A stretch of DNA of 64,000 nt from Chrysomallon squamiferum (Eukaryota; Animalia; Mollusca): NCBI GenBank assembly GCA_012295275.1, contig CM022674.1, positions 6,448,001 through 6,512,000 on the forward strand, given 5' to 3'. The notes beneath the pieces are model-generated. The model saw nothing but the letters and a program-made list of their open reading frames with translations, had not been told where the DNA came from and ran no database searches. Each line of letters starts with the position of its first letter. Position 1 is the first letter of the stretch. This document shows positions 24,437 to 35,807 of the stretch, piece by piece. Both the position numbers and the translations under genes were made by a program.

Positions 24437-25362
24437 CAACTAAGATGATTATGGAAGGCAAACCATTTCAATTTGTAAAAATTGACTTTAAAAAAAATCG
24501 TGGGTAACTAATAAAATTGTGACTTACCTTCAGTTACAGAGCTCTGAAATTCATAAAACCTTGAAAACCTTTATCTTATGCTTGGCTTTCTATTTATGTT
24601 TCCAGAATAACATCTGCTTAACCTCGAATTTAACTCAAATTACAGAAACAGAATTTGATTTAAAATTTGTGTTACAAAAATTCCAGCAAGGGAAAAAAAA
24701 AAAAAAAGTATGATGATTTGGACGAAATAAAAAGCACGTTATTTTGGATTGCAAATATCAGCTAAAATGTCGACATTGAATTGTCTTGATTAGAATTTAG
24801 TAAAATAAATTGTACTGACTGAAAAAGAAAATGAATAGAATCTAATTAAAAAACAAATTAAAAAATTAGATATTTTGGACAGTTTAAAAGATTCATCATT
24901 TTGGTCTGCAAATTTCATCATTCATGATTATCTCAAAGATAGTTTTATTAAAAACAATAAGGAATTATATTTTAACATAAAATCTATCAAAAGCATATTA
25001 AATGTGCTCTTTTTTGTTGTTGTTGTTGTTGTTTTAGAAAATTTAGATATAAACACAAAAATTCCTAAGAAAGATAATTAATTTTTATCTCCAATTAAAT
25101 TTTACATTAAAAATTAAAAGAAAAAAAAAAGATGCAGAATTTGTTATAAAATTGTATCACTGTTTAAAAATTTAATGTATTTGAAGCAGAATTTTTATGC
25201 TAAACAAAGATGGAATATTTTATATTACAAATTTAAAATAATTTTTTTATTATTAAAAATCACTTAACACACATTGCAGTGTTTCAGCATGTTATGTATA
25301 ATTCAAACATTTAAAAGTAAGGCAATAATTAAATCTTTTTAAAATTGTGTTCAGATGTCAAA

Positions 25363-25421
<59 letters not shown>

Positions 25422-25844
25422 CCGTACGTATTTAAGACAAACACATAAAGAAACACAAATATAAACACACAGAAATAAAAACAAAATGAAATAAAATTTA
25501 TTAATTAATTTTATTAATTTCCCTGTCTATTATCTTTAAAATGATTTTCTTTTCATAAATAAGATCTGTGATGTTTATTTTGTTAACTGTACAAACAACA
25601 GAGTAAGGTGACATTTTATTTATGATTGTTTACTGGAAGCAATATTATTTACTTAATTTACATTTACTTATTTCCTCTTATTTATTTATTTTTGATTATT
25701 ATTATTTTTTTTTTTTTTTTTTTTTTTATCATTTCCTGGAAGTCAATATTATTTACTTTATTGACTTTTACGTATTTTGTTTTTATTTATTATTATTTTA
25801 TTAATATTTTATTTTTTATTTTTTTTTTTTGGGAGACTATATTA

Positions 25845-26860
25845 AGGTAATATTTTGGGGGTCGACTTATACATAGGTAATGCTTTTGTAGCTGTTGCTG
25901 AAGAGTCGCCATTTTGACTATTTTTTGCTACGGGATGCATCTAAAATAATCGCGGTCTTTCAGCTTTTCAAAAATATAATTTTATCGTATAAAACAATTT
26001 CGAAAAATTAAATAACAAAACCAAATATGAATGTAAAACATGATATTCTTCCGTTTAATGACATAAAAATACATTTTAAAGCGAGAAAACCGTCAGTACG
26101 GCGTTATGCCTTACGGCGTCTTGCAATGATCTAGGAATGCAGACTTCTCTGCCAAATTGCACTAAATATCGGTCCTAATTTCATAAACAAAACTCACTTG
26201 TGTAATTGTAAAGAATTTGGTGAAATAATATTGCAATCGTCATTAATATCCACTACCGACAAATCGACTAAATATAACGGTAAGTTAGGTCTCCATGTTA
26301 GACCTATTACATTAAAGAGGTACTATTTATGATACATTTAGGCTATAGCTCGTGTAATACATGCATTTACGTTATTATGGTACGTTCGTGCAAGTTACAG
26401 CTCGTGCAAGTTATGTTACAGTAGGCGTACAATGTAGGCCTTCATGGCACTGTCACACTGGTCTAAAAATAGTGACGGTGCCTGGAATCTACAGTCGACT
26501 TATACACAAGTAATACCTAAAATGACGCAATTTTGTAGAATTACGTATGTATCTATGCACGCCCAAACTTAATTTCATAAACTACGAATACTTCAGCCTT
26601 GAAAAACTGTCACAAAAATATGTTTACGTTACAATTTGTGATCGTTATTACTTACCTGACGTTCGTTAGCCGAGTCAGTTAACAGTTAAGCCGTTACAAT
26701 GTAGGCCTTCATGGCACTGTCACACTGGTCTAAAAATAGTGACGGTGCCTGGAATCTACAGTCAACTTATACACAAGTAATACCTAAAATGACGCAATTT
26801 TTGGGCTTAAAGTACACATCGACTTATACATAAGGTCGCCTTGTACACAAGTATATACGG
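25845..26860. mobile_element. Truncated non-autonomous Tc1/mariner (Tc2/pogo-type) DNA transposon remnant
   Basis: Ends ...cacaagtatatacgg|ta (reverse TA-CCGTATATAC, a Tc2-like terminus with TA site). Recurrent subterminal tcgacttataca motif at about 25862, 26496, 26761 and 26819. Left terminus not found. Confidence 0.55.
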
Positions 26861-27968
26861 TAATGATAGACTATTTAGACAGTGAAATTAATATTTTATC
26901 TGCCAATGTAAAAAAAAAAAAAAGTAAATACATAAGCCAGTCATAAAAGAAAAGAACTTTGCTGAAGGATTTTGTTTCTATAGACAGACATACAGACAGG
27001 GTTTTTTTCCACATATATTTCACTCAGTTCGTATTATGAAGTAAAGATTTGTCCAAATACATTGTCTGTGTACATCGAAGGCAACATTTTTATTCTTATT
27101 TTCTTAAGAACTACCTTAAATACAATCGACATGTACCTGTTGTGCCTATCCCACTTTTTTTTTTTTTTTTTTTTTTTTTTTCATTTCTTATAACTGAAAA
27201 CTGAAAATGCATTCGGTAAATACTTCCAGTATCCGAAGACCTTGAGAAGTTTTGTAGAATTACGTATGTATCTACGCACGCCCAAACTTAATTTCGTAAA
27301 CTACGAATACTTCAGCCTTGAAAAACTGTCATAAAAATATGTTTTCGTTACAATCTGTGATCGTTATTACTTACCTGACGTTCGTTAGCCGAGTTAATTA
27401 GTTAACAGTTAAGCCGTTAACTGTTGAAGATGTTGTTGTCTGCATCACCGATAAACGACGTGACGTTACGTTCCTTTAAAGTGTAGAAGGTAACTGTTTT
27501 AATATGAAATCATCAAAAAATGGGGAAGGGTTTTGTTGTTGTTGGGTTGTTGTTTTTTTTGTTGTTTTTTTTTTTTTTTTTTTTTTTTTTTTGTGTGGTG
27601 GGAATCAAAACATTATATCTTACTTAAAATAACCCTGGCTTTTAGGTTTTAAATCTTCCAAAGTGGAACTGCGTACAGATTTGTCCGTCAGATAAGCATA
27701 ATGCAAATGGATAAATGTGTGTCTGTGTGTGTGTGTGTGTGTGTGTCTGTGTGTGTGTGTGTGTCTGTCTGTGGCCGTTTTTGTGTGTATGTATGTGTGT
27801 GCGTGTGGTTCTCACTCACTTTATCTAAGACAAACGATCAGGGTTTTTTTTTTTTTTTTTTTTTAACATCTTGTTCTAATTTTTAATGATCACTAGAGCG
27901 TGTTGGTTGAACTAAGTTATGTTAGCGGGTTCACATACTCTTACAGATGGAGGTTATCTGAAAAGATG

Positions 27969-28455
27969 AACGAAGTATTTATTTTCGCTGTCATCGATAA
28001 CACAGAATATCTAAGCAGTGTTGGCGTCGTTTATGCTGACGGTACTTTCTGTTCGTTCCCATGACTACTTCTACATCTGTACACCACCACTCACTCGAAA
28101 AGACCAAAGCACTCTTGTTTTCCGCGTGATTCTTCCAAATAAGATTCAACGGTTGAAGGCGGAAGATGGAAAAAAAAAAAAAAAAACTTCGACCTTGATT
28201 TTTTCCAGACTTTGTCCTTGAGAAATCTGTCGTCAGTGCTGCAATGGAACTGTTCTGGGTGGTCCTTTTTCGAATAAAACCCAAGTTCAGTTGAGGACAC
28301 TTCAGGTTATAGGTCTGCGAAGATGTGGAGTTCCACAGATTTGTAACAAGAACAAAAGACCTCTCATTCGTCCTACTGGACCAGGTTGAGGATGTGTCAC
28401 TGGATGCTGATGCAGTGTCCTCCCCACCAGTGAGCTATCCACTTAACTTATTTGC
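27969..28455 (+). mobile_element. Decayed Mutator-like (MULE) DDE transposase fragment
   Basis: Translates across stops and frameshifts as NEVFIFAVIDNTEYLSSVGVVYADGTFCSFP*LLLHLYTT / LVFRVILPNK / DFVLEKSVVSAAMELF / QVIGL / LSFVLLDQVEDV. The order matches MULE motifs DGTF..P....LYTIH, LLPNK, DFE.A, LGL, LAFVP...V. Confidence 0.75.
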
Positions 28456-28616
28456 CTAAAATGATATTAAAATCCCCCAACATTTCAAAATGAAATCTCC
28501 CAACTGTACAGAATTAAAATGGCTTCTTGCATAATTCCCACTCACTTGATCTGATAATATTTTAATACCTACTGAAATGTTTTAGATCAAATGGGAAGAC
28601 ATTATTTATAAGTGAT

Positions 28617-28665
<49 letters not shown>

Positions 28666-30098
28666 CCTGCCAATCTTTGAAATCAATCATAAATGCACAA
28701 ACAAATCGATCATTTCACGAAGTTCCTGTGATCACCAGACAATACACCAAATGACTAAAGATTCCTGGCATTTCTCGAAAGTTGCTGTTTTTCTTCACAA
28801 GTAGTTACTGTACTAGTAGTGCTAGTAAAGTGTATAATACTATAATAATAAAGATGACTTACTAAGTATATTTTCTTCCTGAAAGCGAGGTTCACAGCAC
28901 TTTACTATGAGAGTATATTAAGAAAACTTTGACAAAAACTGGATGAATAATGAATTTCAATGTAATAACAGAACTTACAAAAGTTACAAGTTTTGTCATG
29001 TGACTATAAATGGAGCAGAAGCTGAATTTCACTTGGATAAGATTTAACAAGTGACTTTTGAAAAGATGTAAGAGTGAACTTAATGAAGCACATGTCAAAG
29101 CTCAGAAAGAAAAGACTAAATAAAGAAATTTGTACTCGGCAACACGTGTATTATGAATCTATTTATGTTTTGAACCAAATTTCAAACATCACACTAATTG
29201 AACACTTTTATTCCATATTTATCACTAGGATATCGCTAAAACCTCAGAAAAAAAAAAAAAAACAAAAAAAAACTTAAATACTACTGAATAAACAATCACA
29301 GAAAGTAAGAGATACTGGAACCACGTGACATTACATTTTTCGTTGTTTTTTTCGGGCATCAGTTATAAATAAAACGCTGAAGACCTTGACAGATTTTGTG
29401 CTGAAGGCCGCCAGCTCACAGTGTGCATGAAATTTGCCTAAATGATTCTGATTAACCAAGGATGAGGCACAGTCAATGTTTACGTAATCATATTGACACG
29501 TAATCACTTAAAATAGGTCAAAACAGTATGGCGGACCAAAAAAAAATGAGATGCTTTGAAATAGCTGTATAAAGTCATTTGTCAACCATCCATAATAGAT
29601 ATATATATATATATATTACAGTACTTCAGTTTATATATTTGACTAAGAAACATTACTGTAAAATTATTTCTATCAAATAGTCAAACTTTGCTTTCGGGAT
29701 ATTTATTTGTAATCGTCTAATTATATAAAATAAAAGTGTTTATAGATTTTAAGAAAACCTTGGTGGATATTTTGATGTTCATCTTCGTCCAAATATTTTT
29801 TTTTTTTTTTTTTTTTAATTTACATCATTACAAATAAATAGAAAAAGTAAAATTTAATATATAAAGAAATTATTATTAACTGTTAAAATTTTCAAATTAT
29901 TTATTTGTTCATTTATTTATAATGTGTTTTGATTATTTATTTGTTTTTCTCTTTTATTTTGTTTTGTTATTTTTGTGAGAGTTTTGTTTTGTTGCTGGTT
30001 CCTGTTTTCGTTGGTTTTTGGATTTTGTTGTTGTTGTTGTTTGTTCGTTTTGTCTGGAGGGGAAGCAATAGTTATTATTATTATCAACATCATAATCA

Positions 30099-30153
<55 letters not shown>

Positions 30154-32108
30154 ATTATTATTATTATTGTTGTTATTATTATTATTATCATTTATTTATT
30201 TATTTATTTATTTTATTATATTTTCAAATTTAATCTGTACATGTATTTTGTACACATCCAAATTTTGCAAATTTGTAACAGAAATATTTCAATCTAAGAA
30301 TAATTTGTTTACGATTGAAAGAAATCCTTGAACCATTCCAACTACCATGGAAACCAGTTTTATTACAAATAGCGTCTACCTCTGTATTTTATTTCTGAAG
30401 TCATTACGATACGAGCTTAACAAGCAAACGGGACAGATTTTTAAGCAGAAGAACGAAATAAATTGAAGGTGAGTAATGTAAACAAATAGTATTTATCGAA
30501 ACACTTTATCATAGTTTTTCTATTCCCGCGCTTTCAGTCCTACTCTTCAGTGTTTTCGATGTCGTTTGCTCTGTTCACTTTACAACCAACAGACGTATCG
30601 GAGTCTTTAAATTTGCATATCATTTGCATATCTCCTTCCAGCAGGAATAAATGCTAAACGCGCATATATGCTTATATAAGTCTTACAATATAGGGAGGTA
30701 AATCAAATATTCCAGATTTATGGATCTACATCTACAAATGGTAAAAAAAAAAAAATGATTCGTTAAAATGCTCTGCATATATTTCACATTTTATTTTTGG
30801 CAATTTTAAGCGGGAAATCAGTAATATTTTAAGAACAGAAGAAAAGAAAATATCTTAAATTCGTGGATAATTTAATCCACTTTTAAATGCATGGTCAAGA
30901 TTTGTTTCAATGATTGTTTTAACGTAATCTAATTTTCAAAATTCTTATATCCTCACCTTCTTTTCACTCTCATCTATTTTTTTTTTTTTTTTTTTTTTTC
31001 GGCTATGATTTACAGAACTAAAAAATGTGGTCACTAAAAATGTGTATTTTATAAAATGACAGACATTTAAGAATGGAAGAAATAAAACTTTATTGCGAAA
31101 TACGGCACTTCTTTATAGCGATTATTCGGCTTATTTTGTGATTTTTGCTGTCGTTGTTGTTGTTGTAGTTATTGTGTTTAAGACTTTAAAGGGCACACCT
31201 ATTTGTAAATGCCCAAGGTCACAGATTTGTAATGAAAATATTTCGAGGTAAAAACTATTCTGTTTACGGGCAAGATGATTGAACAGTTACCATGGACACA
31301 TTACAAATAATCTGTTATTTATAACAGACATCTCCTTCAGCTGTCTTCAAACTGAAGTTGCAGCAACGACAAACGGTACGGTTTCTGTTGTTTTCAAAGG
31401 AAAATATATAGAAGGTGAGTGATATAAACTAAAATTCATTTATCGAAATGGAGTATGATAATTGTTCCTTTCCCGCGGTTTCATACTCAGTCTTTTATGT
31501 TTAAGATATCGTCCGCTCTTTCCAGCTGGAGTAAAGGCTAAACGCGTATAAATGTACGATAGTGTATTGTTTGGTAAACTTGAAAGTTTCATCGAATCCA
31601 CATTATATTATCTTAGATCTTGTTTTAATTTCTTTCTTTTTCTTTCTTTATTTGTTCGTTCGTTCGTTTGAATCATTTCACACCGATATCTAATTTAAGT
31701 AAATCAAAATCATTCGTCTCTTGAAATGCACCTGCAAAGAGTAGTGATTATACGACTCATTAAATTTCCCGCGTTCCAGGCGCTGAATCTATGTCGGCTC
31801 GTTGATTTCCGTGAATTTGTTCGGAATCACCCGCTAGATTCCCCAGACACATGTACACGCCAGTTTGTTATAAAGGGAAGTAACTCTTGCAGGACTAATA
31901 GAATGCGATCCCTAAAAATTTAAGAAAGGAATTAATGAAATTTTGTTTCGTTACGAACTATGGCCCTGACTGATTTTATTGGTGTTGTTGTTGCTTTTAG
32001 ATATCCGCGGAAAAAGACCTGTTTATTATATTTCATATTTATATCCTGCTTTCAGATGTGAAAAAGCATTTAAAATACTTTTACTTGTTTTCTTCATTTG
32101 TCATTGTT

Positions 32109-32187
<79 letters not shown>

Positions 32188-33039
32188 TGTTTTGAAGTTT
32201 ATTTTCTTTTTTGGGTGGTTGATAATAACAGTTATCCAACTGAATAAATTCGTTTATGTTTACGGTTACCGTTTGAAATCGGTCTATATCATTGCGATGA
32301 AAGAAATAACTGACTTCAAAGATACCAAACTGGCGATTGTTTTTGCCTCATTTCAAAAAATCTAATAATGGCCAATATATATATATATATATATATAAGC
32401 ACACATAAAGTGAAAAGTAACTCCTCAAAGAATTGTTTTTATTTTTTATTTTATTATTTTATTTTTTTAAATTATTATTATTATTTTTATTTTTTTTTTT
32501 AGTGGCTTGGTGGAAAAGTATTTAAATATGATTATAATGTGGCGAGTGAACCCGCCAAATGTTTCGGCGGTCATTGACTGAAGTAGGGCAAAACATGCTG
32601 CACTGTTACGGTGCGCAGTGACGTCACTCTCGTATTGATAAACAGCGGAACTTCTGCGCATATGTTTTTACGTATAACATTTATTTTTATTTACTTGCAG
32701 TTTCTCTCTGTCGGCGAATATTTGTTGTTCGTGGCGGTCGAATCACTTTTTAAAATAATAACAATAAAAACCCACTAATAATGAAATAACAATGTAAAAT
32801 TTTTAATTATTTAAAATGTTACGTAAAGCGTGTATTCTGTTTTCTGTTTATAAATGTCATTCGCTTAAAAATACTAATAAAAATCTCCAAACGAATTCTC
32901 GCCCGGATTTTACATCTACTTGGTCAGAAAATATTATTCATTCCTTCTTGAAAACAATTTTCAACTATCACCGTTCTGTCGCTACCTATTTTCTTTGATT
33001 GGCAGAAACAAATCCCCCGAAATGGGCCGTGACTTAATT

Positions 33040-33528
33040 TGACAGCCAAGGACATTGACGTCAGTTTGCAGCGTTAGCTCCGCCCATTAAGTTTTTCCTG
33101 TACCAGTCGTAAATGCATTGACCTACATATTTTTTTCCCCGAATCACGTTTTCATTTCACTCCTTAGCCGCTCCGATCCGTTCCATTTTTCTTTTCCCTT
33201 CACTCAACACCCAAAACAGCCCGTCAATAAGTGAACAGATATTTTTTTAATAAATTATTTACCCACCGTTGCAAAACTTTGCCTTTGAGCCGGCGTGTTG
33301 TATACTGACCTCTTTTTCAAGGAAGTGGATCCATTCAAGGTCACGTCTGAGTGCGAGAGAGAGGGCGGTCGCACTTTTCACTGGCTAGTTGCATTGCTTC
33401 GGTGTTAGTACAGTAAGGACAAAACTGATCATTTGAGTTTTGACTCGTGCGCAGTGTAGACGGAATATCACAACACTGAACGATATTTTTGTTTGTCTTA
33501 CGCTAGGAGCGGAGACCAGTTATATGAG
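33040..33528 (+). promoter_or_regulatory. Distal promoter and putative non-coding first exon of the NR0B-like gene
   Basis: CpG-rich island with CCAAGGACA 33046, TGACGTCA 33056, GC-box, IR1-like AATGCAtTGACCT 33112-33124, TCAAGGTCA 33335 and donor GAG|gtaact at 33529. Confidence 0.5.
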
Positions 33529-33912
33529 GTAACTATTGTTACGTTATTTAATGTGGTGGGCGAGAAATTCTGACGATTTATATTTTTATTATTTTTAATT
33601 TTATTTATTTCAAAATTTTAATTAGTTTAATATTATAGCATAATTAATTAAGTATAAATAAAATGTAATTATATAGGGACAAAATTTAATTATTTAGTAA
33701 GAGAAAATATTTTTGTTTGAATATCGAATTTAAAATTAAAAGGTGTATAATATGTGCGGGTATGTTATTTAAATATTATTAATTGAAGTATGGACTCAAA
33801 AGACAGGCTGTTTGAATATATAATTATAGTGCGTATAAGTTATACTTCTTACTTGTAAATTAATGATAATTACAAAATAATAAATAAATAAAAATAAAAA
33901 TGCTACGTCAAC

Positions 33913-33944
<32 letters not shown>

Positions 33945-34281
33945 TTGTAAAACTGAATGAGAAATTGTAACACAACTAAATTTAAAATATTTCTATAGTT
34001 TTATATATTAAGAAATAAATCAATAATAATAAATAAAACAAACGAACAAAATCAAGAATTCTAACATGGATATATTCATAATTCTCATCAGGAAAAAGAA
34101 TAAGAAGAAGAAAAAAAAAATATATATATATATATATATAGAAAATATATTTTAAAAATTGCGTTATTCGCGTAACCACGAACTGATACGCTCTCACCGC
34201 TAGCCAATTACGAAGTGAAACGAAAAAGGCGAGACTACCCGAGCGCGCAGTCGCGTGTGCTTGTTGACTGGATTCAGATCG

Positions 34282-34486
34282 TGACGTCAGCTTGACCTCT
34301 ATCTGTCCAGTGAACGAGTTGGTTTCATATAGAGAAATAGGGTGCAGTGAACTCTGGAGATTTTTATATATAATGTCATGGCAAAGCAGAAATAATCAGT
34401 TGTTCATTGGCATTCGTACTATCAACATCGTAAACTGTATAACAAATGTTAGACTCTAACGCTGGTTACCATTAATCGATACTAAG
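34282..34486 (+). promoter_or_regulatory. Proximal TATA/Inr promoter and putative 5' UTR exon (34398-34486) of the NR0B-like gene
   Basis: CRE 34282, IR1 GGTGCAgTGAACT 34341-34353, TATATAA 34367, Inr TCAGTT 34396-34401 (about 31 nt spacing), donor AAG|gtgctt 34487, acceptor tttcag 34683-34684. Confidence 0.58.
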
Positions 34487-34571
34487 GTGCTTATTTTATT
34501 TTGTTGTCTCATGTGTGTATGTATGTGTGTGTATATGTATATATATTGTAGGTGTTTTTGTTTTACTTTAG

Positions 34572-34615
<44 letters not shown>

Positions 34616-34711
34616 TCGTTTCTCTCTCTCTTTCTCTCTCTCTCTCTAGGATAATATATAATATATATTCTTTTTAATTTTCAGACTCTGAATTAGAAAA
34701 TCGAATAAACT

Positions 34712-35660
34712 ATGGAAGTATTATACCAACCCGAGACTCTGTTTACACGGCAAACAGGCGGCGGCATGTTACCCCAAGGATCAATGCACCACCAGAGCAT
34801 GTACTTTTCTCCGAGGGAGGTGTATTCCTACTACCCGTGTGACAGTCCTTCAAGAACCCCTACGCCAGAGCAGCGGTCGCCGAAGCCATACAGTCGCCCT
34901 TCATCGACACACTCGAAGACGCTGCAGTCGGTGTTGATGGGAGAGGTTCCCGCAGCTTACTCTCACCTTACCTCATCAACGAGCACCCACCTGCCACCGT
35001 TTCAGCGACCCTCCTCGGTGGAATCCACCCCTGACTGCGTTCAGACGGAGCCCATGGACTTGTCGTGCAAAAGAAGCCCCAACCCATACACATGTGATCA
35101 TTCGGACAGACGATCTCCTCCCGTTAAGTGCTACCAACAACAACAACAACAACAGCAGCAGCAAGATGGACAGTTCTCTTTGCTGAGAAATTTACTTAGT
35201 GTTGGCAAAACGTCGCTCCCCACGGACCATAACGAGTGCAGCTCCCCGCCGGCCCAATTCAGCTGGGTGCGGCAGGCTGTCACGGGTTCCACGAGGGTCA
35301 CTCTGGCCAAGAAAAACATGCTTCCGGTCAGCGCCAGAGTGTCGCACTGGCTCGTGAAGGTGGTGCACTTCGCCAAATCTATTCCAGAGTTCATCAATCT
35401 CTCCCATAACGACAAAGTGACGCTCATTCTCAATTCTTGGAGTAGACTTCTGCTTCTGTGCATGGCGGAGAGTAATTTCCAGTTCGCGGTGACACCTCTT
35501 CAGGCGCAGGACTCGGCTGTCCGTACAGACAGTCCAGCAGCAGACGAACCCACCATGAAATCGGTCGAAGGCGTACAGACGTTTATCAGAAAATGTCAAC
35601 ACATGGACGTGGAAACGAAAGAATACGCTTTCCTGAAAATGCTCGTCCTTTTTAATGCTG
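34712..35660 (+). CDS. NR0B: NR0B-like coding exon 1
   Basis: 324-aa ORF; GCTG|gtaagt donor at 35661. Confidence 0.9.
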
Positions 35661-35776
35661 GTAAGTTCACTTCTATATTAAACTGATTTTTTATATGTTT
35701 GTAAGTAAATTTTATATAAAAATATTGAAAATTTAAAAATTTTAGCTTAAAAGGAAACGACACGAAATACTGAGAA

Positions 35777-35807
<31 letters not shown>

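Noticed and set aside
30000-34711. A missing zinc-finger DBD exon for the nuclear receptor
   Set aside because: No C4 finger sequence was seen, and an in-frame TAA at 34706 lies between the acceptor and the ATG.
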